Assembly (NCBI GenBank): GCA_964520705.1
Contig: CAZFPS010000005.1
Span: 1 to 41,169 of the forward strand
Direction: 5' to 3'
Source: an uncultured Planctomycetia bacterium
GTDB lineage: Bacteria > Omnitrophota > Gorgyraeia > Velamenicoccales > JABMQK01
DNA: 41,169 nucleotides
Shown: positions 38,301-41,169 of the stretch, piece by piece
Position numbering within the stretch: the stretch's first letter is position 1
How the letters are laid out: each line of letters starts with the position of its first letter
The notes under the pieces: generated by a model
What the model saw: the letters and a program-made list of their open reading frames with translations, nothing else
Told to the model about the DNA's origin: nothing
The model's database searches: none
Translations under genes and position numbers: made by a program

Positions 38301-41169
38301 TGCGCTTAAAGAAATTTTAAATTCTAAAACACATCGAGCTCAGAGTTTTGTCAATTTTATGACTTTTCTAAAGAGTGCCATAAATACAAGAATAGATATG
38401 ATTGAGCATTACCAGGCACCATTATCAGCGACAGGAGAAAATAACATACTTTCAATTAAGCATCTTATAAGTCGCTCTGAGGATATAGATAGTCTTTTTG
38501 ATACGTTCAAAGATCTTATGAATCCCTCAGATACTTGGTTTATTCCTTTATTTGATGAGGAAAGAAAGAAGATCATTTCGTCAAGGGGTATTTTAGCTAC
38601 TAGGACTATAGGTACTTGGGGTTGTTCTACTCAATGTGACCACTGTGATGACGCAAGCCTCATCCAAGTCACACCTTCTCCATCGAAATGGCTAAAGGAA
38701 AGCAAGGAGTATATGTTTAAACTAGACGAATTCCACAACGGCTCCTTTATAGATTATTATTGTTTTGTCTATGATAAATATGGTAGTTATGTGGCGTTGT
38801 TATTTGATAGAAATAGTATAATAACTTCTCCATTTGAGATAGGTTCTGTACCAGATAGGAGTTTAAAGAACTTATTAGAAATGGGTAAATTAGATTATTT
38901 TGTGTTAAGTGTTGCTCCTAGCGCTTTGATGCGTAGAATTGGAATTGAGAGATATTATGAATGTATATATCACATTATAGAATTACTTAAGAAAAATAAA
39001 ATTTCCTATAAATGTTTCTTACATATGTTTAGGCGTCAAAAGGATCCTTTAGATATTAACAAAATCCCAGAGAAGGCTAAATCGCTATTAAAAAATGATT
39101 ATATTGAAAGAGACTTATTTAGATGTGGTAGACTTTGGCAGTTAATAGAAAAAGGTTCAATAGATTCGACTTCGATAGGTAATCTCATTAATAGTTGTTC
39201 TACATTTTTTACTCATAAAGATGTTGGTAGTTCTTTTCTGCTTCCTGATGGTCAAATTGTCTACGGAGAAAACTATAGACAGGGTATTTTATGTCGTATA
39301 TATAGAACTGTCCCGGGGCTCGAATCTATAGGCAGAAGGTCTATTAAGTGTTGGTATTGTAAATTGGATTGTAAAGGAAAATCAGAAATTGGATGCCCAG
39401 GGCGACAACAGGTATTTAAGCCATGGAATTTGTCTGCTGATGGCGGATTTCTTGAAGATAAAAACAGTTCACCATTGAGCCTGACACAATTGGATGAGTC
39501 CTTAGCAACCTTCGTACCGATAAGTGAGTTAATAATAGGAGATAGAGAGACTATAAGACAAACCAGTTCCCCACTTACCGTCTCGCCCGCCACAAATCTT
39601 GGCGGGACTTCGTCGTCGCTCGGCAAAGCTTCCTTTGCTTCGCTCAGGACACTTCGAAGGACACTGAGCGCAGTCGAAGTGCGCTCCTCCTCGCCTGCGG
39701 CTCGGGGAAATTCTGATGCAACTCTAAGGGGTATCCTCGGTGATTTTTCCGTCGGAAAAACTGGCTCGTTACGTAACATGTTACGTAACAACCTGGAAGG
39801 TAATGCTATCGAATTCAGCTCCAGCCCGGTTGAAGGATCAAATGAGGTGCCTGCCAAATTTGAATTCCAAGCAAAAATAGGGAATCAGATGACTTTAGGG
39901 GTAGTAATAATAATACTTAGAGAAATTACGAGAGCAGCAAAAGAGGATAATCTAATAGAGGTTATAAGACAATTATATAGACTAAGAACACCTCTTACAA
40001 CGACAAACTGGTTAAAGATACCAGAAGAAATAGAAAGGGCAAAACAGATAATAATTAGCCACCATATTAGAAGTTTAGATGATTTGATAAAATATACCGA
40101 AGCTGATGTGTTAGGCTTATCTGAAGCTGTTAAGATATTTCTAAGAATATATAAAAAGTTGTTAGAGAATCGTATTAATATTACCTTAGACCGCATTGCT
40201 GAAGGCACAGCTTTTAAGCGCAATAAAATGGGCGATGTGTGGAAATATGAACTGCGGCCTATTTTAGAAGCCTCAAAGCACAATTGGCAAGATGAAACAA
40301 TACTGGTCGACGATAGTAGGCATATTAACAAAATTGAAAAGGATGAATTAGCTGCTTTAGAAGATATGGAGGATGTAATACGTGATGATATCGATAAAGG
40401 CAATGTACTTATTTATGATGAACTTGTGGAATTGGTTAGAGGATTGCCAACTCCACCATACGGTAAGCAACTACCAAAAGACAAAATAATAACCTTATTA
40501 GAAAAGATTGGGCTCAGCAGAGCACAATTCAATAGAATAATAAAGAAGAGAGAGAAAGACAAAAGTAAGGTACTAATTATCGAAGAAAAAGAGGAGGAGA
40601 TTCCCGATCTTGAGGTAATTATAGGGATGAGCGAACCGGGGAAAATTGAATATATATATAAAGTTTTGGGAGATATCCGTAAAGGTGCAATAGAGGGAGC
40701 ACAACAAGGAACCATAAGCAATCTCAGGTCCCTAACACTTAAATGTGTAAAAGAGGCAATAAATAGAAATTTATTTAAACTATTAATTGGCAGAAGTAAT
40801 TTACCAGCCAGTGCATCAAAAGAAGATATCAAGAAAGCCTATCTAGAAGGAAAGAGAACCCGTGATAGCCAAATACTTAAAGGAGTTGAAGATATGCAAC
40901 AAAAGAAAATTAGGGCAGCTAAGTTACGCCGCCAAAGAGAAATTGCCTTCCAGATTTTAATGAATGATGAGTTGAGAGTTGTGTATTTAGGAATGAGACC
41001 AACTCATATTGATATCTTTGAATCCGCTAAAGCAATTACTGCATCTAAAACTACTAGTAAGAAACGCAGTGGTAAAGGTTCCTCACCAATAAAACAAACC
41101 AGCTCCTCACCTACCGTGGCAGGCCCCGTTAGAAATATTGTTAATAAATTTAAGAGATTTAATTTGATT
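11308..41169 (+). CDS. giant secreted/membrane multidomain protein, at least 9,954 aa, 3'-truncated by the window edge
   Basis: ATG 11308 in frame +1 begins MISQARTKTGGFKTWMRVVALTVLVIFTPQQIAWA|IDY (Sec signal, AxA site). Every segment I translated is open, through to ...KRFNLI at 41169. The ORF track shows no closed frame +1 ORF here, as expected if there is no stop. Confidence 0.93.
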   Translation, partial: MISQARTKTGGFKTWMRVVALTVLVIFTPQQIAWAIDYDWRTIWRASQMQSSAASSPAMTIPYAALKSAGFEKQLAFNIKESLNSLRSSNAQSVLFSNDVVVERTNRAAITEDSIDSIYKQLVDSNNDIITCGAYSLFNMMLAYGLTSISDKQKTEKENSPSILDIANTIILIDLLSDPDLLPTFRENQLEVSFYSLIKAAEAYGMKLVPFHLETYKKDLESINKLVSFPFIATIDEPHTVLVKQIDKNGVLVIDNDVERLIALEEFKDRFMGYCLAIEVAKDPSIKVISPYDARSIKINRRSRQYKITTFNDLFPEPNWQDQFLSLAANLLSAGLGGKGHSRNVANQIFASKISQLATNVAVNNWGWKPKNAQIFGSAVGGGIAGFNSPGSTFLKGAAQGAAQGYATTVAYKWLKNTAFYKNNPEIGMQAVGMIGSTMSTLGLSIFTKQGMPGAIEANKFAMAKGFAGGVFDLGIQYSASQGWLGKAFEKNPTFSRVLGQSASGWFSRNDGLSTSKFLGKQALSAGVSLGLDALGGEYDKKTNKNRWGMTPTQMAAVTYGGTAFLEAGLARSFNIFDFKKDGMWDLMKNNFINNVALNMNPGQYGMVKTGRKILNKDTGEFVDEQAFDLYAGSMHLSRLGEFSGVGYFEGQVDLAVEDGGYASWKELKQDRGSINLLPSLSASMVRQTASVLHTAATNTAVNIIDRKLIKPFIAHANWQKKQHRGPMALVGGAEQEFADVGLVPTEIDISQKDIEDIYNGKINSVTLRSKDAPNEILGVYKIDRETEEITIINFANDNASTTFKLKKGQTPIMLLADAVAGNLPHIELTALSENAYLQKAEYSRGIGGWILDKLGLWDPAFEPDTIIGQRLREDKKHWFDPILMTAVLKHNEHQLQLDLLSGMKGTQKLTAWEVYNLKVEQKGLPIGLVSFVAAKGYESGIFVSIGKNKIQVPVASLSGTWVDKGKPQALFLFNADLRAKFEEEGNSLFHSNLPGQARETYGSISRVTGKDDAGREIELGWQIDKGSLVAFNLSTTSSSTFRNKGTTDPLIEKEWIEALKSSPSESTPLEDQFGYEETVNDVNRVFFSGFTVLGESGGIDAGRQRTFMSAGVDGFQGERTSVIEWQQYGSWNVSGSWDRLSGWDYVMDFSYKDKGAEHTGPQIWEGRKTTTQKREEGFIKGTAAFRPLYQPLQANIVPVAYNQQVDRGLGYLWDTTVDIYNKQTYGLSNTDIFMAENYFGGFQIQNEDRKKMLSSGQMIGYLKDQGATDSVAEAFEDVISFAGDGESGDRSRHTFNMMYQDNSGTYSQNPLSVVEDKSGDGKWTGTLYLLNLDLNRNGDSLNAQIMRSSVGKDGTIIQQIDIFDMKEGERQNQFSLSADSQKRQDIVTEGDGLHAVIITPGEESMPINAAEIEALTGSFEQADGKVVETGLLINENFSTSLTGWAIKSDRENVGGWDNTNKVGFDFGDGIKEKDIIEQAETITDETPVNHLLVNVGKDGGTKALIEAWGIDIDDKKNLQNEGVPRRGRFVLKESGDHQVAIVDNLPTITQHSDYRFDNTGAPDPLTGWWAFDTSEEDGSTANLQFGESMFPDNINERIGVEYAIIKSINSEGNYADAITSIMHFDRANPLTWQTPKTTLEDGTILTLPSGWRVQGADTVGEVQQLIDDGKIKLTTAKDAPNLGGVINRLHAFEKINGQWQPYMEGHGEISLGVVTDADNVERSPFGDRKYALELQADIKGEVLHPGLYVSVDPTKRAEAMEAASVAMSRTDPQTGETQIYNSADDVDPSAPTSFSLEGSSWDGSNTQIQVLGLSESGNHRVSGDISYLLSGYNFTPYENIGTGSKIEIAKGMPITTVSPGMQTINPATGTHSISQYVVTNFETAEDTQIEFGDLALKKDGTIDRVNTTTGGISVGANTTGVLFDDVSLTTPSVFGDARVINTMYDKEGGFLGRDVAEINFGDKDNSVALTTLDPKYDVKFYRYRDQENQAEIQGDYSGIVVENLQEGQTSAFAGSATTVGAKRLDSLKGGIEEVAVQWTGAIIGERNPQVLTPSIFGTDSSGTSSRQEAFSDGVVILGKLFDEKYTVDEQDATFEGNPLTFHVTAGDWDEVSSGDLSMLAPTGESWSVEQKSLFNNYVINTGLADLSGYKQPAQDIFDAEFQEADRVSVTPLIRTRQDGSGASVLEGNIPKQSYIVRSKEGSPRLGMESTVFLTDKTLFRFRSIDNTIDRTIGLDLLQPAIDENIAPVFQGLANLSFGAKSKYLKAFNHLRLFSKNMYSSKVAKVCAMALSEQLRSTPEFSDALGRALADLPLATLEIDGAEVAKQSIIDAFEKFMSNPSSRNPDAFAESVFIALNSNIPEVVQINYEEIENNGEVNNVAYQMLEGSLGKLNHVPLSNSRYLDDKHWDDEQQAFIVPVEWLAKDKDSGLGYRLIPENEAFPSFSFNPLSGGKGGEAGTGITLSEKFNQDVPYFSIYTSSERINPLATFEVFQKTGTWQFNTSGGFLSVAGQPIRDIAAKEGVKEITFDNKGRAKFDVGLIQTLVFNEPSAVVSTDTQEGLGLVYKKGSQWESKQISEDAIGFVPLVGGKPLGANDSISSHIGVSSLYNNSDLAGTFRESVTGPGPVIMPEKVSYWAGQGFVLSFDMADGENARNFAFLSNSPQPSNVEQKGKIADFHPVVGNENLSRSNLDRLPYSVVVTDAKVTDKTVKLSGTLPDSPAAHKRIEGDVLRDAFIVTPFDNTALPAGFIADTALSMNAGYTLPSSITNAQLQEVSQERVLGSNNGEGSIDIGRGTSIYQGNLYFKDGGYSIGQGAQGVIKQESKVKGQSTTSILFDVDFSLLGNGTQPINVDFAYHQSASSRIKPNDLWKFTETQQDINNIGRIYTYLINFDESSPGVFGVAKWNEITEKRIVKRKNDMGIYYLEEFGTGTYAPLRELFIDLDNDFNFYGEVVSIEQAGSKWESKDQRDKIEFNNLRPNVTPEAFYQNSEDPNLIGFSFSEDSGRSLIYQDQSGNDVNFDLNRYGSFAGSTMLEGQGPFIGDFTTYRPQGEEGSLWEGAKNIASSAWSLLKGGSGDGSVPEATAYTDKATGWTHYQGKLNLDVQAPFSTTSSVSVNFQNAVFNIPEGKELVGFSTNDYGEAQMSTYSSKTKDGRIIFDSAGEIDERIDVGLRNDQILYDWSLIGGGRMYKPGSERYRPGFDPESTGPRELSISAGPSWWENTLENVTNYAVLALLVINPVVSTLAMPDASKQAIQGVKNDWTLAVYKAEERRRFTSEIGIGTTHALSEFIVTPEGRMVLLMPLAALGETAIAANYLARLTTISQAIGRAITFGKVASPTLQALVGASAVTGTTAVVGGLGFNAATDKGLTEDLVSYAVKGTLLPVAAYAAYTRIGAQLFLAGSEIYKLATTGEHLTLGEMEAISIASLIPAGRIGKYTSSAFQGTRTGMAIQWLTRPASLASSTWGKIGYAAGSSATLATIGTLGTEGFTRAYSGKGLTWKQRGTIFSTLFFGNVARLSVAGLTQWGAKGIESGLGLGNQGAIIQLGSNTGKLGVVRSGLLRVARPVLGGLNCGASLGFVGGGVGLMTHRWEEDQVEIIEGFVVPQDPSLWKTFGSTLSVFGKSAKIPALFGTGIGFVGGLGLGNVLKPTSGWSYAIWPALALTGRGVYDGGRYALGNRELSRLEAKPDKTPQDVARINELRNKVYFEGKNYVDIATLAVGLRFLKGSNLINPATSTLSNLWRHAKLMGFGAGLNVGKDLAMGYANKWFDISFGESIEIKDANGAPVYLKPGLTFGQQYSEGSFFASALRGAVWAEIGSYAVNNASTVLGRASGKYGALRPQPIEGSPLLRHKLPLSGADRLGIEGLIGAVKWTYIGPAFSVFGGAWKSSMYALASGGELPNGTLFNIDSAIDFNNDGKIQDNESVLIPLKSREGMRNLLGSIRESPISGVVLHPMIGIASRNPVTASSGIGRAMEKTQSMFGTNRITSEAGNLFRIAGFVSAMDVALEMGSTISGPGESTGYNDLGTRYTRLNRQNLATGIYGTERSAASWGLLFNLPTFTGPRATGLVDNQGRPLDSEGNAIPQKTSLYDHTGREIDSNGNPIPVPGKPVKLVGATGQPIVKGRQVKHSKASEFYEKVYGSSVLPSDSHADFAEKMVRMSEILSSYEGPTLRILEQGDTGVGKDSVTAAYQNFATGKRSVLMVPTNANAKNAAAEAKNAFAQLGLHGKSVEIIELGKEGSFAKLSTNPDVVILTDINAKSFASFLRDRNSLLSRFGREIFEDSNVIIPEWIYSPDLQTPSGNTGGLSQIKSSIEGRSMRRQVNREAKIYKELKLWEHIEFEIPIDGETIYNPHLSETGINKYVERHKADNLTALKSQKGGEEKVAAIQSLVQAHAYAIEAGSKNVVPIRGKTIRLVERYGYQYDVVLHDRIKAHAESMMGAKLAREAGRKDFGKLDPLHKYSAGRFDRISTGDVFDVAERFGARSIQAWSAGIDKIEARELQSIHGFQRINDRGLPERYSLTEGRIPFDSQRNFRFSEKSLDQEINGMVQLAIRDKQGPLVLEENMPGHSWDDILMSTVRAARKSGADVLVLEYSGEMKEIKTSRLNVDRAMRTAKKVELWGNKQKDTIGALDRVANGEKVVLLMARGHLRGTNVKLGARGTQRILNDLKSTETLTAQGKDRVRGLYEEIDKGKFDVNFEKPFTNVDLNAEAGKRGMEIVVFGAPRDMTFKRYSEAMKVNDVTFAKEGRYQTRMEYTLNMAHRFNRDILNRVDSKAARKLIEDADWELRKTNEIWLHLDLKGELGRAPDRLQETLNRSIDSLRKIYNKDGRLYKSLSEELRNFVDTELQPRISTAIEWGREVKGAKRLDAMTTPEEARIALGHHTRIEDLPKHTPRTMEGQVVRSGVKGVREVLQIIESSTIESGRDLMNIAPAVGYQTFLDIEFQDDDPNNKQRVQWLANSQNNATQGGVFTHDLAFVYTYAGLKEIARSPSQVTAYNTAIGQSSFLSQDEKEALILPIGEKISDAQAFDIAVKLSETKMVDLANYDRRGLDSIVTVGNALRGLWAASDISGRTDSKPLDRENFNYLRDNYGITQTGAHRVALGLIDKDQNSTAHSILAKSLEDRVSALRLVERFHDSKMLRPLVPLVNKLYSTKLYGGKVSDLIDLSDALVSGSELDTSILSLPGELANIYMPSRLDFNYSYNDLVELGVTKFNKIKVADLAKLGSKNITKKQLSKWGVSSREIKKVAKEIGKIAKSKKQLTFEALDKFVEDKRIDQRNLNTLAFGLGAGTHPEIQLNLIKLRGFINKTDLGRSFTSDKLKRIDLTHTTAFGLADGVYNYSTSLKAKPKKKDIDAVHIDTAITQGIAGHTSIPMTNMNKFAKLYTYKERETLDMGDLQDLFFKLTDKILPVENHDIIIQSGNLLEDVSFDLQQLTLRLNININKTLSHQLAIGREAIRLGLENNNIELRSQKAIETAKTIIGENHNLLHVWNSVKPKRALYDIPQKLLDVKDKIELQANEEIEGNVDDLIDATLSTLKQLSPELDIPADFKIDRDRLRAFVLSYKVKLMMPEEMRHAGPAESISDKNSNTIALDIRNIDEQGLGLKPFTRSLILGHEPIHVILQGVANQLEENIGKDQEDQLDKIRKLKIGQLENEPIVYLLNLRTMGKIFGNRSKEVTAPAVKQLIRKVVPGSKGRLRDLPKSNKELYAKLKGLEQRHGLGVAANLEEYALIDLPDLGQADNGLTPPRGTTPPIGPSSGGGFGNDGPSISDYTPAPPIDLLSPPSPDRPLGGKSSPLSMPKMGKVDIKSIGIGLALAVISMLPSFGGDLQAQQLPEIPEIGSSYQQVGALELDALPSLQSLSFGPLSSAGYQSYLPTSFMSMSGIDNQKWLVKLVQDMEKLKAELREVEMEKAQAKMDQIREDIKKTRIEFAKIAKEISSLKIDPPATISSLETSMSSPMAQQQLPQPKPIAVSSPLVPLALETSSELALARSDSPLARPGKPRFSRFAKFLGVLGIAIVANLWGWGAGAGAADNSAAEARKLLAMQAQAPKPALGILERKALDYLEDINFTHIISNALANASPEERYDIVFRLADGLTRANNYYAVKIARKFASMPSDDPLKSVGVVALEDMTIPNARVALEGILNSHPRGKGKALAMIIEPEPDDPAMENFVNLEVKPLRLAGYETVVDTIRGDTIIGPFGIIDAVASIGDNGEMWNSLLISSHGNSKFIYFPVSKMHLTVDDFNFMESFGLDRYVDPNALLINSSCYSLDTTIVDNFGRGMGHLLGVEEVQGAVDRIEARLTFSNNRWGVKLSSIYGEVASYHPVDSTLIVRPYENEKAPRSFLIDNAQLNEIIYYVIDDLRGYEKFIRQQPPGEQTERFEIFNKRLALSYTLSAEYLLGVDTSSVDIGRFYAKSLQLFPELEDSLTDSEIRLAEQAGHTKPIDFSKYIDIGIGSGLLILVALGGIVSAYNNIGWGGLAYYRRREGDGQQAEVKNVANKRSASSPMSVTTETRKINRSTGGLNDLTLNLSFDNNGAPQLVLEQEGNSSPVAVAEIDSYNPQTRTLRFRDIQSSSPLATQALVTKVLDQGIAVKVEIGAPISSPTVVSNIDAINRELRNLILNSSELKAVSSPIFVGRSPITGEAVHRLDISRNDISKISSSPLAEQLKQLPSSSPIAVDSIRVPQSNIVSLRSAVKQIVERGDDFTEGGFLLFGRQDGENYSISGIVPIKRYSDQRYEGFVPDRESMVKQIIEHAVADIKLIGVLHLQPFDMTKLLQKPGPSWEDRIGDDFLLPELNDKIAKVPLGIVIEPTVPRDIPVSQIAKFVPKNFSTYFYLPVSKTTREIKIIGDPVDFEHWVSQARFASSPIKQIEPLALPVLTADPISSPIQAGRIDIPTGVEAQLTAQIFSSPVRAPPLDADNLRVSALDSREFALTSSPLKAQIKTALPSTSSPLIEGFRPSRTLKELEAENFRQLGQEFIKEVIIGFYVDKMTLIFSDAVLADRFSGDIDSIAQKAKDLVGALLDIRDKQVFAREEWSRYKPVISILTTLSLGDPADIDIINKGFSPIVEYLALLASDSSPKQNIIVEGFSRLRHILNKFNDWLSNQKSIELGHYLGDEEREIIAIDRQDLVEFEYPPVVSSPLLEPAVLGRNDINNIGKAGVGGFGIGGAVTIGGGAGVGGGMSSPMGSGTSGFGRSGAGIGEMGSNLSGANKLLKLEIKPIEIIPEISQQSSPIGETFIDFKGRFDRASAPSSPVKSNRDRADQKPILPSQVPGTMPFMPLPMSTPIQVPAQNASSPVIDLAVPALSASPSSLFGPSAQVPIGELVMSERVKAQQTSVGYARGPTVSSPLASFSARNWQKDKRTPLQPVFTAIALSLITSDLKRSYDGKGPLNRKPDSWMPTVYTYKALVSALNSAALNIGNGLKAEATAVAGWVKVALRQIKAQIATETAEAGTIAAMPIAAISSPAIAGYSRIANIGTMAPIKDSAYFANLEDNSKTLNSSPLTELGRNFENIVISKIPGAQSVTWKFAFSRPISDLTSALVTQEYNEGLFASSPTIDLTNEPTNKLTNYNRRGVFVSAGTNFHESYTNPHKYSLKFSSSPLSLKANIANLYNNKVKLKFVYNLAAQNFRNSLKDDKDFLKDILGYAWKMTIISAIGISIMVAVTIRHGPKETNCMLNSRNENIEVVINVDFGGRLRSDSYANERAQSIFNRIIETNKLPPTYKLFVVNEGRDAYAKFGNIILPLWMLQIFDDEMVSWIISHEIAHFTLESSNNKNADKLGFEYAKTAGYLKEIKSPKKFRRTVEKESREFLKIRPTGRLCGSSCGSSPVNNLTNYISASKFASLSASSPATSLLPDSPVLADARSFETFLYTEPMRQALGNIIQILDIESVESAFVTHVTAAPGMTEPYFVKSERKTQSECPLVPFEVEHETVSIHSHPFIPVGVESSDGSISQKVEVAILPGCEDFDVFIRQNGRGVLGIIWGNRNVGFYLTAIITNRIPDYITLISHHEKDVRKAIDVLKQNQAIAFYRLNFGVETLSPYFIEEGVIVEPERIAAQDAIAVTERLVANPDLVIEDDIRVLAGFSRLAQEQFRNREFSEISDAASTIEAYLMKIGDSLKKKIFSADGVREQIAREQIAMAWEMNRLSAILRGLKRALSEKGVSVFPASATASLTSEELFQSIWLSSSPVASLLSASSPLLRSGRQPQEEYNLDNLAGASSPVEKSKYDKERDAAITKIARLVIALRPQGGNFYKAVKESMMSQGKSGREAWSFANYVFTDKGELKIDPYKYVPRSSEFDGTILEGKDPEFEGTILGYTDSSYPASSPSLRSGRRPQEENNPDNLAGASSPMKENALPIDAGADTRVNNKNGKVSGLASPVKLDTRYIMHDAGMTGSSPMVLDLIRLGRAQNISPNPFMAAGSSPLQETEPGRQSTNSRKFHTNTHEYSFESTFFASARNPSRNPEQGEGPISSPITIINNNLDRFSSPLTKAKNVLLGSIRGLFVRLTQVISFRAIRNFILSILLTISVGMSFIYFPKGIISIVYPPKDNLTVLISSEYKEGYVLDYFFFNTYGAVYFGLKGIELDIIYAATKNDLRTVSGDSTKPNIAVMGHGTWNEWIASDSVVTEDDIKRWYSSGEFPRKESIIRYTCGSGRFLFDEQFGHHAVEDPQTQIRGFDFTVSPIEFLVKPTAFSQKELDSEKGNWLLNAMRALRGVEDPITTTDYMRADKEVEDTIYGRMMGNPRMLRKFRLPLYIVGEEEDHRNINGSTSLQTILIYDQAYSDSSSSPLTETNLTKTTQSSPVTYRGRLSEEIVANSGVNVSRITPSSPLVLGKFLNFDNSSSPTVAGLVRNIVNKFKRFNLIISTVAGIGEHTNPAGFVRITPSSSPLDENFDNSSSPTVAGIGEHTNPAEAVVGNTPAISSPLDGVRISSPLNSNEYLEDMTKRIINECRQDNYSSLKLSWEMAVYDYQEFIKHAAAINAALKEILNSKTHRAQSFVNFMTFLKSAINTRIDMIEHYQAPLSATGENNILSIKHLISRSEDIDSLFDTFKDLMNPSDTWFIPLFDEERKKIISSRGILATRTIGTWGCSTQCDHCDDASLIQVTPSPSKWLKESKEYMFKLDEFHNGSFIDYYCFVYDKYGSYVALLFDRNSIITSPFEIGSVPDRSLKNLLEMGKLDYFVLSVAPSALMRRIGIERYYECIYHIIELLKKNKISYKCFLHMFRRQKDPLDINKIPEKAKSLLKNDYIERDLFRCGRLWQLIEKGSIDSTSIGNLINSCSTFFTHKDVGSSFLLPDGQIVYGENYRQGILCRIYRTVPGLESIGRRSIKCWYCKLDCKGKSEIGCPGRQQVFKPWNLSADGGFLEDKNSSPLSLTQLDESLATFVPISELIIGDRETIRQTSSPLTVSPATNLGGTSSSLGKASFASLRTLRRTLSAVEVRSSSPAARGNSDATLRGILGDFSVGKTGSLRNMLRNNLEGNAIEFSSSPVEGSNEVPAKFEFQAKIGNQMTLGVVIIILREITRAAKEDNLIEVIRQLYRLRTPLTTTNWLKIPEEIERAKQIIISHHIRSLDDLIKYTEADVLGLSEAVKIFLRIYKKLLENRINITLDRIAEGTAFKRNKMGDVWKYELRPILEASKHNWQDETILVDDSRHINKIEKDELAALEDMEDVIRDDIDKGNVLIYDELVELVRGLPTPPYGKQLPKDKIITLLEKIGLSRAQFNRIIKKREKDKSKVLIIEEKEEEIPDLEVIIGMSEPGKIEYIYKVLGDIRKGAIEGAQQGTISNLRSLTLKCVKEAINRNLFKLLIGRSNLPASASKEDIKKAYLEGKRTRDSQILKGVEDMQQKKIRAAKLRRQREIAFQILMNDELRVVYLGMRPTHIDIFESAKAITASKTTSKKRSGKGSSPIKQTSSSPTVAGPVRNIVNKFKRFNLI
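11680..12140 (+). other. peptidase C39-like domain of the giant protein
   Basis: 'TCGAYSL' (Cys 11701), 'SFYSLIKAAEAYG', 'PFIATIDEPHTVLV' (His 12022), 'VLVIDN' (Asp 12070), 'EEFKDRFMGYCL'. Confidence 0.8.
20990..23490 (+). other. Gly/Ala-rich multi-helix hydrophobic (membrane) region of the giant protein
   Basis: Successive segments such as 'YAVLALLVINPVVSTLAM', 'ALVGASAVTGTTAVVGGLGF', 'GASLGFVGGGVGLM' and 'LFGTGIGFVGGLGLG'. Confidence 0.65.
23760..25620 (+). other. degenerate SecA-like (SF2 DEAD motor) domain of the giant protein
   Basis: Walker A-like GDTGVGKD (23845-23868), then collinear SecA landmarks: ATGKRSVLMV..AFAQLGL, FASFLRD, VIIPE..QTP, EARELQSIHG, RGTNVKLG, GMEIVVFG. Confidence 0.7.
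27960..28330 (+). other. zincin-like HExxH metallopeptidase motif region
   Basis: 'IALDI...SLILGHEPIHVIL' (HEPIH 28168-28182), with downstream 'ENE' as a possible third ligand. Confidence 0.5.
29780..30250 (+). other. caspase-hemoglobinase fold (clan CD) peptidase-like module 1
   Basis: 'LLISSHGN' (His 30001) and 'LLINSSCYS' (Cys 30130), each after a hydrophobic strand and 43 aa apart. Confidence 0.6.
31375..31900 (+). other. JAB/MPN-like module 1
   Basis: 'TEGGFLLFG', 'LIGVLHLQP', 'PSWED', 'LGIVI'; the second His of HxH is replaced by Gln. Confidence 0.65.
34400..34730 (+). other. M48 (HtpX/Ste24-like) metallopeptidase module
   Basis: 'DAYAKFGNIILPLWML..FDDEMVSWIISHEIAH...NADKLGFEYAKTAGY' (HEIAH 34630-34644). 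Confidence 0.75.
34950..35340 (+). other. JAB/MPN-like module 2
   Basis: 'VESAFV', 'VSIHSHP' (35155-35166), 'LPGCED', 'VLGIIWG'. Confidence 0.55.
35933..36401 (+). repeat. 82-bp direct repeat pair flanking a roughly 100-codon insert
   Basis: 35933-36014 versus 36320-36401, 4 mismatches; each copy begins and ends with GCCTCCAGCCC (ASSP). Confidence 0.9.
37000..37430 (+). other. caspase-hemoglobinase fold (clan CD) peptidase-like module 2
   Basis: 'NIAVMGHGT' (His 37189) and 'SIIRYTCGSG' (Cys 37303), 38 aa apart, preceded by a TM helix. Confidence 0.55.
38560..39420 (+). other. radical SAM-like module with SPASM/twitch-like Cys tail
   Basis: CxxxCxxC 'GCSTQCDHC' (38623-38646); later 'NSC...LLPDGQI' and 'CWYCKLDC...GCP'. 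Confidence 0.7.
40780..40992 (+). other. J-domain-like module lacking HPD
   Basis: 'LPASASKEDIKKAY' and 'AFQILMNDELRVVY' match DnaJ helices II and III-IV; there is no HPD between them. Confidence 0.55.

Larger units (their letters stand above)
37875..41169 (+). repeat. direct repeat of at least 70 bp (37875-37944 and 41100-41169)
   Basis: CAGCTCCTCACCTACCGTGGCAGGCC(T/C)CGTTAGAAATATTG...TTTGATT with 1 mismatch; the second copy runs off the window. Confidence 0.9.

Noticed and set aside
11493-40832. Dozens of 60-194 aa minus-strand ORFs in the track
   Set aside because: They are antisense shadows of the giant + strand ORF, with no recognisable motifs or consistent start signals.
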